A program made the translations under genes and the position numbers. A stretch of DNA of 64,000 nucleotides from Bacteroidota bacterium. GTDB taxonomy: Bacteria; Bacteroidota; Bacteroidia; Flavobacteriales; BACL11. Location of the stretch: NCBI GenBank assembly GCA_028408365.1, contig JAOOLD010000005.1, positions 1,883-65,882 of the forward strand, written 5' to 3'. Position 1 is the stretch's first letter, and each line of letters begins with the position of its first letter. Under the pieces are notes generated by a model. That model was given only the letters and a program-made list of their open reading frames with translations. It did no database searches and had not been told where the DNA came from. This document shows, piece by piece, positions 18,641 through 29,600 of this stretch.

Positions 18641-19543
18641 ATGAGATATATCATTTTAATGTTTTTTTTGTTTAAAAACTCGTATTCACAAGATTCACTT
18701 CCGTACATAGTGTTTCTTAATGAAGTTGATATAACTGTAAACGATACATCATTAAAAGTTGATGATTTTATAGAAATCATAAAGAATGATACTACTTTTT
18801 ATAAATCGTTTAAATATCTTAGATATTACTCTCATAATTTTTCTTCTAACTTATCTATACATAATAAAAATGATAATTTATTAGCATTCTCAAAGAAAGA
18901 AGGAAATTATATTTCAAATGGTAAAAATGCATACATCAATTATAATACAAAAATAGACTCTGGAAAAATTTTTAAAAGAAGTGGTAAGTATAGATATTAT
19001 ACTCAGAGTGCATTTGATAAAGTTTTTTTTCCAGAAGATACAATTTCTGTAAATCTTAAAATTTCAAAATCCAAAGAAGGAAGTAAAAATTATAGAGATG
19101 CAAAAACTATTGGCTTTTCTGTGGGTTCTTCAGAAACAGAGCAAAAAAAAGGTGGTTTATCAAAAAGACTTGAGATTTTTGATATAACAATGCAAAAATA
19201 TTATGATTATTTTCTGAGTGAAACTAATTATAATGGAATACAGTGTTACAATTTTACCGTCTCAGTAAAGGATAGTTTGAAAAATAAAGAATTAAAGAAA
19301 GCACTCATAAGAAAAATTGTAAGTTATTTTGATAAGAAAAACATGAACGTTTTATACAGAACTTACCATTTTGAATATAAATCAGTGTTACTAAAACTAA
19401 ATATGCTTATTGAGGTTAAATCTGATTACTTTAAGGACAAGCATCTTCCAACAAAAATTTCATATGATGGATATTGGAATGTGCCATTTTATAAACCAGA
19501 AAAAATCAAATTTATTTTGAATTTTTTTGATTATGATATTTAG
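18641..19543 (+). CDS. Secreted hypothetical protein
   Basis: Signal peptide (MRYIILMFFLFKNSYSQ). 300-aa ORF with no recognised motif. Confidence 0.6.
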   Translation: MRYIILMFFLFKNSYSQDSLPYIVFLNEVDITVNDTSLKVDDFIEIIKNDTTFYKSFKYLRYYSHNFSSNLSIHNKNDNLLAFSKKEGNYISNGKNAYINYNTKIDSGKIFKRSGKYRYYTQSAFDKVFFPEDTISVNLKISKSKEGSKNYRDAKTIGFSVGSSETEQKKGGLSKRLEIFDITMQKYYDYFLSETNYNGIQCYNFTVSVKDSLKNKELKKALIRKIVSYFDKKNMNVLYRTYHFEYKSVLLKLNMLIEVKSDYFKDKHLPTKISYDGYWNVPFYKPEKIKFILNFFDYDI

Positions 19544-19600
19544 GTTAAAGTATTACTAGTAAGCCGAAAAAAATGTTAAATTTGTCAAAATTTTAGTAAA

Positions 19601-19759
19601 ATGCCTAAAAGAACATTTCAACCCTCTAATAGAAAAAGAGTTAACAAACATGGCTTCAGAGAGAGAATGTCATCGTCTGACGGCAGAAATGTTTTATCAA
19701 GAAGAAGGGCCAAGGGGAGAAAGAGGCTTACAGTCTCCGATGAGATAGGTCACAAGTAA
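19601..19759 (+). CDS. rpmH: 50S ribosomal protein L34 (absent from the ORF track, 52 aa)
   Basis: Hand translation gives [52 protein letters not shown], the canonical L34 sequence. Confidence 0.92.
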   Translation: MPKRTFQPSNRKRVNKHGFRERMSSSDGRNVLSRRRAKGRKRLTVSDEIGHK

Positions 19760-19766
19760 AAACTAG

Positions 19767-19793
19767 AAGTGCTTTTTAAAGCACTTTTTTTTT
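19767..19793 (+). terminator. Rho-independent terminator after rpmH
   Basis: AAGTGCTT-TTTA-AAGCACTT followed by T7. Confidence 0.75.
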
Positions 19794-19864
19794 GAAAAGA
19801 TGTTAACAACATTAACTTGTAACATTTCTTCAAAACTTAATTATTAATTTATTTAGCAAACAAA

Positions 19865-22711
19865 ATGCCAAAAGATAAGTCCATCAAATCTATATTGATA
19901 ATTGGAAGCGGTCCTATTGTAATAGGTCAAGCTTGTGAATTTGATTACTCTGGCTCACAAGCTTCTAGATCCTTAAGAGACGAAGGGATTGAAGTATCGT
20001 TAATCAATTCAAATCCTGCAACGATTATGACGGACAGTGTTGTTGCTGATCATATTTACCTCAAGCCACTTGAAACCAAATCTATAGTTGAAATTCTTGA
20101 GGAGAGAGAAATTGATGCTGTTTTGCCAACAATGGGTGGTCAGACAGCACTAAATTTATGTATCGAAGCAAATGAAAAAGGCATTTGGGAAAAATATAAT
20201 GTAAAAATAATTGGTGTAGATATAAGTGCTATTGAAATAACGGAGGACAGAGAGCAATTTAGAAAGTTAATGCATGATATTGATATACCAGTTGCCCCTG
20301 CAAAAATTGCCACATCATTTTTAGAAGGCAAAGCAATTGCTCAGGAACTTGGTTTCCCTCTGGTAATTAGGCCTTCATTTACATTAGGAGGTTCTGGCGC
20401 ATCCTTTGTTCACAACAAAGAGGATTTTGAAAAGTTATTGTCAAAAGGCTTACATGCTTCTCCTATTCATGAAGTATTAATTGATAAAGCAGTTCTTGGT
20501 TGGAAAGAGTATGAATTGGAACTTCTCAGAGATGATAATGATAATGTAATTATTATTTGTTCAATAGAAAATCTTGATCCGATGGGCATACACACAGGAG
20601 ATTCAATTACTATTGCACCAGCCATGACATTGTCTGATACAGCATATCAAAGAATGAGAAATATGGCAATAAAGATGATGAGATCAATAGGAGATTTTGC
20701 AGGTGGTTGTAATGTGCAGTTTGCTGTTAGTCCAGATGAAAAAGAGGATATAATTGCAATTGAAATTAATCCTAGGGTTTCTCGATCATCTGCTCTTGCA
20801 TCCAAGGCAACAGGTTATCCAATTGCAAAAATTGCATCGAAACTTGCTATAGGTTATACTTTAGATGAATTAAAAAATCAAATTACCAAATCAACTTCAG
20901 CACTTTTTGAACCTACTTTAGATTATGTTGTAGTTAAGATCCCAAGATGGAATTTTGATAAGTTTAAAGGTTCAGACATAAATCTTGGACTACAAATGAA
21001 GTCCGTTGGTGAAGTAATGGCAATTGGTAGGTCTTTTCAAGAAGCTCTTCAAAAGGCATGTCAATCTTTGGAGATTAAAAGAAATGGTTTAGGAGCTGAT
21101 GGCAAAGGACTTACAGATCAGGACAAAATTCTACACTCACTAGCTAATCCCAGTGGTGATAGAATCTTTAGGGTATATGATGCAATGAGATTAGGCATTA
21201 CCACAAAGAAAATATTTGATATAACAAAAATAGACTACTGGTTTTTACATCAAATTGAGGAACTTGTGGAGCTTGAGAAACTCATTGAGAAATATTCGAT
21301 TGAAGAAATCGAAAGAGATTTACTGCTGACTGCTAAGATGAAAGGCTATGCTGATAGACAAATCGCACATTTGCTAGGATGCTTAGAAAGCCAAGTTTTT
21401 GATAAAAGAAAAGAACTTTCAGTTAATAGAGTATATAAATTGGTTGACACTTGTGCAGCTGAATTTGAGGCTCAAACCCCATATTATTACTCAACATTTG
21501 AAATGAACAAAATTTCAAACGGAAAAAAAATTGTTGAAAATGAGAGTATTTCCTCTGACAAAAAGAAGATTATAGTTTTAGGATCTGGACCAAATAGAAT
21601 TGGTCAAGGAATTGAATTTGATTATTCATGTGTACACGGTGTATTAGCATCCAAAGAGTGTGGTTATGAAACCATTATGATTAATTGTAACCCTGAGACA
21701 GTTTCTACAGATTTTGATACTGCAGATAAACTATATTTTGAACCAGTTTTTTGGGAACATATTTACGATATTATTTTACATGAAAACCCTTTAGGTGTTA
21801 TCGTTCAATTGGGTGGTCAGACTGCTTTAAAACTTGCTGAAAAACTTGACAGATATAATATCAAGATCATAGGTACAACTTATCAAGCATTAGATATCGC
21901 CGAGGACAGAGGTAGATTTTCAGAACTTTTGAAAGAACTAAACATACCATATCCTAAATTTGCAGTTGCTCAAACCGCTGAAGAAGCATTAAATATATCA
22001 AAGGATTTAAATTTTCCAATTTTGGTAAGACCATCATATGTACTTGGGGGTCAAGGCATGAAAATTGTTATAAATGAGGAGGAGTTAGAGCACCATATTG
22101 TTAACCTTTTAAATGAGATTCCTGATAATAGAGTCTTGCTAGACCATTATTTAGAAAAGGCAATTGAGGCAGAAGCAGATGCTATTTGTGATGGAAATGA
22201 TGTGCATATTATTGGAATCATGGAACATATTGAACCCTGTGGAATTCACTCTGGAGACTCATATGCTGTATTACCAACTTTTGATCTCAGTGATAATGTA
22301 AGAAATCAAATAATTGAAATCACTAAAAAGATAGCTTTAGCTTTAAAGACATTAGGGTTAATTAATATTCAGTTTGCAATTAAGGATGAGAAGGTATATG
22401 TTATAGAAGCTAACCCTAGAGCATCTAGAACTGTTCCTTTTATTGCCAAAGCATATCAGGAACCCTACATAAATTATGCAACTAAAGTAATGCTAGAAGA
22501 TAAAATGTTAAAAGATTTCACTTTCAGTCCAAAGAAAAAAGGATATGCAATAAAAGTGCCAGTTTTTTCTTTTAATAAATTTCCAAATGTTAATAAAGAA
22601 CTAGGTCCTGAAATGAAGTCAACAGGTGAAGCAATATACTTTATTGATAATCTTCAAGATGAGTACTTCTTAAAAGTTTATTCTGAAAGAAACTTGTATT
22701 TAAGCAAATAA
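19865..22711 (+). CDS. carB: Carbamoyl-phosphate synthase large subunit (short form, 948 aa)
   Basis: Duplicated ATP-grasp halves (GSGPIVIGQACEFDYSG and GSGPNRIGQGIEFDY; MKSVGEVMAIGR and MKSTGEA). Confidence 0.93.
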   Translation: MPKDKSIKSILIIGSGPIVIGQACEFDYSGSQASRSLRDEGIEVSLINSNPATIMTDSVVADHIYLKPLETKSIVEILEEREIDAVLPTMGGQTALNLCIEANEKGIWEKYNVKIIGVDISAIEITEDREQFRKLMHDIDIPVAPAKIATSFLEGKAIAQELGFPLVIRPSFTLGGSGASFVHNKEDFEKLLSKGLHASPIHEVLIDKAVLGWKEYELELLRDDNDNVIIICSIENLDPMGIHTGDSITIAPAMTLSDTAYQRMRNMAIKMMRSIGDFAGGCNVQFAVSPDEKEDIIAIEINPRVSRSSALASKATGYPIAKIASKLAIGYTLDELKNQITKSTSALFEPTLDYVVVKIPRWNFDKFKGSDINLGLQMKSVGEVMAIGRSFQEALQKACQSLEIKRNGLGADGKGLTDQDKILHSLANPSGDRIFRVYDAMRLGITTKKIFDITKIDYWFLHQIEELVELEKLIEKYSIEEIERDLLLTAKMKGYADRQIAHLLGCLESQVFDKRKELSVNRVYKLVDTCAAEFEAQTPYYYSTFEMNKISNGKKIVENESISSDKKKIIVLGSGPNRIGQGIEFDYSCVHGVLASKECGYETIMINCNPETVSTDFDTADKLYFEPVFWEHIYDIILHENPLGVIVQLGGQTALKLAEKLDRYNIKIIGTTYQALDIAEDRGRFSELLKELNIPYPKFAVAQTAEEALNISKDLNFPILVRPSYVLGGQGMKIVINEEELEHHIVNLLNEIPDNRVLLDHYLEKAIEAEADAICDGNDVHIIGIMEHIEPCGIHSGDSYAVLPTFDLSDNVRNQIIEITKKIALALKTLGLINIQFAIKDEKVYVIEANPRASRTVPFIAKAYQEPYINYATKVMLEDKMLKDFTFSPKKKGYAIKVPVFSFNKFPNVNKELGPEMKSTGEAIYFIDNLQDEYFLKVYSERNLYLSK

Positions 22712-22712
22712 G

Positions 22713-22982
22713 ATGGGACTTCTAAAAATCTTATTGCTTTTTGCAGTTTTTTACTATATTTCAAAATATTTAATAAGGCTATTTTTCCCCTTGATTTTAA
22801 AAAGAATATTTAAAAAATATTCGAAGGGATTTACAACTCAAACTTTTGACAAAGAAGATTTTAAAAAAAAGGAGGGAGAAGTAACCATAGATAAAATAAA
22901 TGTTAAAAAAAATAAAAGTACTTATCATGATGATGGAGAGTACACAGATTTTGAAGAAGTAAATGAAGAAAATACTAGATAA
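22713..22982 (+). CDS. DUF4834-like small membrane protein
   Basis: One N-terminal TM helix and an acidic tail ending GEYTDFEEV. Confidence 0.6.
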   Translation: MGLLKILLLFAVFYYISKYLIRLFFPLILKRIFKKYSKGFTTQTFDKEDFKKKEGEVTIDKINVKKNKSTYHDDGEYTDFEEVNEENTR

Positions 22983-25341
22983 TAAACATCATTTTTTAAG
23001 TGTTTTAATATTTGTTGTAATATCATTTGGATATTTTACTGCCCTTCTTGAGGGAAAAGAAATTGAAGCCCATGATACTAAAACTTGGAAAGGAATTTCA
23101 AAAGAAGTCAGAGATTTCAGAGCAGAAAATGACGAAGAAGCTTTATGGACAAATAGGTTGTTTGGTGGAATGCCAGCATATCTTGTCAGCATGTCATACA
23201 AGTCAAACTTGGTTAGATATGTAAGTGAATTTCTACAATTAGGTATTCCAAGACCTGCAGATATGCTCTTTCTATATTTGCTTGGATTTTATTTTCTTTT
23301 AATATCTCTTAACATTAATTATCGCATAGCAATTTTAGGTTCTATAGCATTTGCATTTTCAACCTATTTCTTAATTATAATTCAGGCTGGTCATATGACC
23401 AAAGCGCATGCTATTGCTTACATACCAATGGTTGTTGGTGCAGTTCTTTATTCATTCAGGGGTAATATTTTACTAGGAGGTGTATTGACGGCTTTGTCAG
23501 TAGCAATGCAAATATATGCTAATCATCTTCAAATAAGTTATTACACTGCTCTTACACTTTTAGTAATTGGAATTGTTGAACTTTACTACAGAATTAAAGA
23601 AAATGACATCAATGATTTTTTAAAAAGAGCATCAATACTACTATTGGCTGCTTTTTTAGCTGCTGGTACATCAATGACACGACTACTTGTAACTTCAGAG
23701 TACGGAGAATATAGCATAAGAGGTAAATCTGAACTGAGTGAAAATCAAGATAATAAGACATCTGGTTTAGATAAGGATTATGCAACACAATGGAGCTATG
23801 GTATAGCAGAAACACTAACTTTATTAATTCCAAATTTTTATGGTGGTGCATCAACAGGAGAACTGTCTGAAAAATCTAAAACTTATGAGGCAATTAAAAG
23901 AGCCCCAAATGCAAAAAAAATTATCAAACAACTGCCACTTTATTGGGGTAGTCAGCCAATAACATCAGGACCAACTTATGTAGGAAGTATTGTTGTTTTC
24001 CTTTTTGTATTGGGCTTGTTTATAGTCAAAGGGAGATTTAAATATTGGATATTGTCTGCAACTGTATTATCCATTTTATTAGCATGGGGAAAAAATTTCA
24101 TGTTTTTGACTGATTTATTTTTGGACTATTTCCCAGCATACAATAAATTTAGAGCGGTATCAATGATACTTGTTGTGGCCGAGTTCACGATACCACTATT
24201 GGCTATCATGGCTCTAGACACAGCTCTCAAATTTAAAAAGGACAGTAAATTAATAATTGAAAATAAACTAAAGTATAGTTACTATATAGTAGGTGGTTTT
24301 TGTCTAGTTTTAGCACTATTGCCTAGTTTGGCTGGCGATTTTAGTGGAATGCAAGATCAAACATTACAGGCCAATGGATTTCCAATTGATGCTATTATTG
24401 AAGATAGAAAATCTCTACTATCTTCAGATGCATTTCGTTCTTTTGTGTTTATTACTCTATCCTTTATTTTAATCTTAGTATTTCTGAGAGGCAAGCTCAA
24501 ATCAAATTTATTAGTTACAATATTGACTTTATTGATTCTATTTGATTTATGGCCAATTAACAAAAGATATTTAAATGATGATAATTTTGAGAGAAAAAGT
24601 AAATTAAAAACAGTTTACAAGCAAACACCAGCTGATAGATTGATTCTTGCTGATAGTGATTTAAATTTTAGAGTTTTTAATCAAAGTGTAAATATTTTTA
24701 ATGATGCCAGCACCTCTTACTACCATAATTCAATTGGGGGTTACCATGGTGCTAAGTTAAGAAGATATCAAGATTTAATTGAAAAGCATATTTCGTCTGG
24801 AAATATGAAAGTTTTAAATATGCTGAACACTAAGTATTTTATTGATAGATCTGGCAAGGTCCAAATTAATCCCAGAGCTTTAGGTAATGCATGGTTTGTT
24901 GAGAATATTGTATTTGCAAAAAATGCAGACGAAGAAATAAGTAATCTGAATGATTTTAATCCATCTACTGAAGTAGTAGTCAATGAATCTTTCAAAAATT
25001 TAATATCAAAAAATCAATATTCAAAGACTAATCAAAAAATAAGTCTAAGGGATTATAAACCCAATCATCTAACTTATATTGCTGAGGTAAATGAAACAAG
25101 TCTTCTTGCTTTTTCTGAGATATATTATGATAAGGGATGGAACTTATACCTAAATGGTGAGGAACATCATTATTTCAGAGCAAATTATGTTTTAAGAGCT
25201 ATGGAGGTTCCAGTGGGTAATCACAAAATTGAATTTAAATTTGAGCCTGAAAAGTACTTCTTAGGAGAAAAAATATCTTTAGCCTCATCAGCAGTTTTGA
25301 TTATTTTATTGATTTTTGTGGGTTACAGAGAACTAAAGTAA
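22963..25341 (+). CDS. YfhO-family polytopic membrane protein (GT-C-like glycosyltransferase)
   Basis: About 12 TM helices plus a large C-terminal extracytoplasmic domain and a final TM. The N-terminus (..HDTKTWKG..FRAENDEEALWTNRLFGGMP) is typical of YfhO. Confidence 0.7.
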   Translation: MKKILDNKHHFLSVLIFVVISFGYFTALLEGKEIEAHDTKTWKGISKEVRDFRAENDEEALWTNRLFGGMPAYLVSMSYKSNLVRYVSEFLQLGIPRPADMLFLYLLGFYFLLISLNINYRIAILGSIAFAFSTYFLIIIQAGHMTKAHAIAYIPMVVGAVLYSFRGNILLGGVLTALSVAMQIYANHLQISYYTALTLLVIGIVELYYRIKENDINDFLKRASILLLAAFLAAGTSMTRLLVTSEYGEYSIRGKSELSENQDNKTSGLDKDYATQWSYGIAETLTLLIPNFYGGASTGELSEKSKTYEAIKRAPNAKKIIKQLPLYWGSQPITSGPTYVGSIVVFLFVLGLFIVKGRFKYWILSATVLSILLAWGKNFMFLTDLFLDYFPAYNKFRAVSMILVVAEFTIPLLAIMALDTALKFKKDSKLIIENKLKYSYYIVGGFCLVLALLPSLAGDFSGMQDQTLQANGFPIDAIIEDRKSLLSSDAFRSFVFITLSFILILVFLRGKLKSNLLVTILTLLILFDLWPINKRYLNDDNFERKSKLKTVYKQTPADRLILADSDLNFRVFNQSVNIFNDASTSYYHNSIGGYHGAKLRRYQDLIEKHISSGNMKVLNMLNTKYFIDRSGKVQINPRALGNAWFVENIVFAKNADEEISNLNDFNPSTEVVVNESFKNLISKNQYSKTNQKISLRDYKPNHLTYIAEVNETSLLAFSEIYYDKGWNLYLNGEEHHYFRANYVLRAMEVPVGNHKIEFKFEPEKYFLGEKISLASSAVLIILLIFVGYRELK

Positions 25342-26616
25342 ATGAAAAAAGTTCTTATAATCTCTTACTACTGGCCTCCCTCAGGAGGATCCGGAGTACA
25401 GAGATGGTTAAAGTTTTCAAAATTCTTACCTAAATATGGTATTAAACCCTATGTATATACTCCAAAAAATCCAACTATTGAGCTTATTGATGATGAGCTA
25501 ACTAAACAGATATCAACTGATGTGACTGTTTGGAAAAAGAAAATATATGAGCCATATAGTATAAAAAATATATTTTCAAAGAAATCAAAAAAAACAGAAA
25601 CCTCTGGTGTCATTTCAAATTCAAAATTCGGATATATTTTTAATTGGATTAGAGGTAATTTTTTTATTCCTGACCCTAAGGTATTGTGGATTAAGCCATC
25701 GATTAATTACTTAGAAAAGAAATTAATCGAAAATTCAATTGATACAATCATAAGTACTGGCCCTCCTCATTCAATGCATCTTATAGCTTTAGTATTAAAA
25801 AACAAATTAAATTTAAAATGGATTGCAGATTTTAGAGATCCATGGTCAGAACTTGATATGTTAAATGAATTTCACTTAACAAAATCTTCATTAAAACGAC
25901 ATAAATCGCTAGAAAATCAAGTTTTGAAAAAATGTGACATATGCTTGACAGTTAGCGAAAAATGGGTAAAAATGTTCAGTGAACTTGGTGCCAGAAATGT
26001 TAAATTAATAACTAATGGCTTTGATGAAGATGACTTCAAAGTTTCCACTGATATTTCAGTAGATAAATTTGTGATTGGACACTTTGGTCTTATTAATCAT
26101 CTGCGAAATCCAACAATATTATGGAAAGCGCTTAATCAAATTTGTGAAGTAAATAAGGATTTTGATTCTAAACTAGAGATTAGATTATCTGGTAATATTG
26201 ATTTAAACATTTTAAGTCAAATAGAAAGTTTCAAATATCTTAAAGGTAAAATCAAAAACTTAGGATATCTATCACATTCAGAAGTGATTAAACAATACAG
26301 TAATGCTAACGTCCTTTTACTACTTCTTTTCAATTCAGAAAGTGGCAAAGGAAATTATCCTGGAAAAGTTTTTGAGTATTTTGCTACTCAAAAGCCAATT
26401 CTTTCTTTTGGACCTAGTGAAAGTGATACGAAAGAATTGTTTACAGAATTTAATAAAGCCTTTTACCACAGTTATGATGATCCAACAGATATCATAAAAA
26501 AAACCATTGAAATACTATTCAGCAAAAACTATAAATCAGATAATTATGATTTAAAAAGATTTACTAGAGAAAATTTAACAAAAGAACTAGCTGATCTAAT
26601 TTTTTCAATTGATTAA
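25342..26616 (+). CDS. Glycosyltransferase (GT-B, group 1 / GT4-like)
   Basis: N-terminal KVLIISYYWPPSGGSGVQRW and a C-terminal GT-B half (..GKVFEYFATQKPIL..). Confidence 0.7.
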   Translation: MKKVLIISYYWPPSGGSGVQRWLKFSKFLPKYGIKPYVYTPKNPTIELIDDELTKQISTDVTVWKKKIYEPYSIKNIFSKKSKKTETSGVISNSKFGYIFNWIRGNFFIPDPKVLWIKPSINYLEKKLIENSIDTIISTGPPHSMHLIALVLKNKLNLKWIADFRDPWSELDMLNEFHLTKSSLKRHKSLENQVLKKCDICLTVSEKWVKMFSELGARNVKLITNGFDEDDFKVSTDISVDKFVIGHFGLINHLRNPTILWKALNQICEVNKDFDSKLEIRLSGNIDLNILSQIESFKYLKGKIKNLGYLSHSEVIKQYSNANVLLLLLFNSESGKGNYPGKVFEYFATQKPILSFGPSESDTKELFTEFNKAFYHSYDDPTDIIKKTIEILFSKNYKSDNYDLKRFTRENLTKELADLIFSID

Positions 26617-26672
26617 AAATTGAATATAGTGTATAAATTACACATATATTTTTTTTGATTATTTTTGTTGAT

Positions 26673-29600
26673 ATGGGCAAAAATAAATTCTTACTGAAGA
26701 TAATATTTCTTTTTTTTGCTTTTAACGCATATTCACAAACAACAACTGTTACTACGTCAATCTGCGACGGTGATAGTATTTTTTTGCAAGGAGCTTGGCA
26801 AACTAGTGCTGGAACGTATACTGATGTAACTAGCTCAGGAACAGTCATTACAAATTTAGTTATCAATCCACTACCTGTAATTACTCCAAATTTTATATTT
26901 AATGGAACAGCTGTTGTTCAACCAGGTAATGTATTTCAACTAACTCCAGCAATTAACACTCAAGCAGGATCGGTTTGGAATAATATTATGATTGACTTGA
27001 ATCAACCTTTTAGCTTTGATGTTGATGTCTTCTTAGGATGCAATGGAGGAGGCGCTGATGGTATAGCCTTTGTTCTTCAGCCAGTAAGTACTTCTCTTGG
27101 ATCAACTGGAGGTGGAATTGGATATCAAAGTATTTCGCCTTCATTTGCAGTTGAATTTGATACATGGTTAAATAGTCAATACTCTGATCCTTGGTACAAT
27201 CACGCAGCTATTCAAAAAAATGGAAATTTAAACCATATAGGCACTTCAAACTTAGCAGGTCCTGTTGGATTTCCTCCAACTGGTTTTTCTTCTATTGAGG
27301 ATTGTCAGTGGCACAAAGCAATTTTTAATTGGGATCCTGCAACTACAAATTTTACACTAGATTTTGACGGTGTCCAGATATTAAATTATACAGGTGATAT
27401 TGTCAACACTATCTTTAATGGAAACCCAAATGTTTATTGGGGATTCACTGGCTCAACTGGAGGTGCAAATAATTTACAAAGATTTAGATTTAACTATGAT
27501 TTACCAGACACAACAATATGTCAAAATGATTCTATCATAATTAACTCTCTGACAACTGCTAGTTCTTTTGCATATAATTGGTCACCAAACTATAATATTT
27601 CAAATAATACTTTAGCCGCTCCGCTTTTTTACCCAGACACTACAACTATTTATACATTAGATATAACAAATACTTACGGTTGTACATACACTGATTCATT
27701 TACAATTAATGTTGATACAACAGGCACTGTAATATTCCCAAGTATTCCTCAACTATGTGTTGGTGACAGTGCTATTAATTTGAATCTATCTCCATCAGGA
27801 GGTATATTAACTGGCTCTGGACTAACTGGAGTGAGTAATGGTTTTTTTAATCCAACTCAAAATCTTATTGGTTCATATAATTTAACTTATTCTATTTCAA
27901 ATCCTCTGACTGGCTGTAGTGATTCTAAAACTCAAAGTATTGTTGTCAATGATACTCCTGTTCTATCAGCAGTTTCCAGTAACGTTTCAACTTGCTTAGG
28001 TAATGATGGCTCTGTCGATGTCAGTGTTACAGGAGGAAGCAATCCTATTAACTATGCTTGGAATAATGGACAAACAACACAGGATTTAAATAACATAACA
28101 GCAGGAAATTATTCATTAATTGCCACAGATATAAATGGATGCCAAGATACTATATCTACATCAATTACTCAGCCTAGTCCGCCAACTATAATTTTTAGCA
28201 AATCAAATGTTTCATGCTATGGATTTAACGATGGTAGTATTGATATAACTGTTTTTGGTGGTCAATCACCTTATTCATATTCTTGGTCAAGTGGTGCAAC
28301 CTCTGAAGATTTGAACAATTTATCAGCAGGCTTTTACTATTTGACTGTTACCGATTTAAACAACTGTATTGTCTCACAAGGTATAATAATTGATCAACCC
28401 AGTGAAATAGTCATAAATGCTACGTCAACTGATGTATCTTGCTTTGGTTACAGCAACGGAAATGCTCAATTAAATATTTCAGGAGGAGCACCTCCTTACA
28501 TCCAAAACTGGAACGGATTTAATTCCAATAATCTTCTTGCCGGTACTTACTCATACATTGTATTCGATAGTACTGGGTGTTCAAATAGTGGACAAATAAC
28601 AATTAATCAGCCAAGCATACTAAGTGTTTCAAATACAGTAAATTCAGTTACTTGTTACAATGGTTCCAATGGTAGTGTAGGTTTAAATATTACAGGTGGC
28701 ACACCACCTTATATTCCAAATTGGAATGGATTTAACCCAAATAATCTTTCTTTAGGAACCTACAGCTACACTGTCACTGATTTTAACAATTGCTCATACA
28801 CTGATTCAGTTTATATTTCGCAACCCAGTCCCATACAGGTGTCTTCCAGTGCTTATGATGCAACATGTTATGGATATGACGATGGGTATGTAATTTTAAA
28901 CATATCAGGAGGTACACTTCCTTACACACAGAACTGGGGGGCTTATGATCCAAATAATTTATTTGCTGGTACTTATAATTATGACATTCTTGACTCTAAC
29001 GGATGTATATACAGTGATATCATTACTATTTTGGAACCATCTGCTGTTACAGCAGTAATAGATACATTTAGAACAAGTTGTTTTGGTTACAATGATGGTT
29101 ATGTTTCAACTTCCTTTGTTGGAGGTACTCCACCTTATGTTGATGACTGGGGAAGTTTTGACCCAAACAATCTTTCAGCTGGAACTTATAATTTTTCTGT
29201 TACTGATTCAAGCTCTTGTGTTTATCAGTTTCAAGCTACAATAAGTCAACCTGATGATATTTTAATAAATGAGACTACAAGCAATGTAAGTTGTTTCGGT
29301 TTTTCTGATGGAACAGCATCTCTTACAATAAATGGAGGTACACAACCTTATAACGTTGATTGGGGTGGTATTGATATTAATAACCTCTCTAGTGGCATTT
29401 ATGTTTATAACATTAATGATGCAAATGGATGTGAAAAAAATGATTTTATAAATATTACACAACCAGATGAACTGACTGTATCAGAAATTGTTGATGAGGT
29501 AAGTTGTTTTAACTACAATGATGGCTCCATTTTCTTAAATATTTCTGGAGGTACACTCCCTTACAATCAGAATTGGAATGGATTTAATCCCAATCAACTT

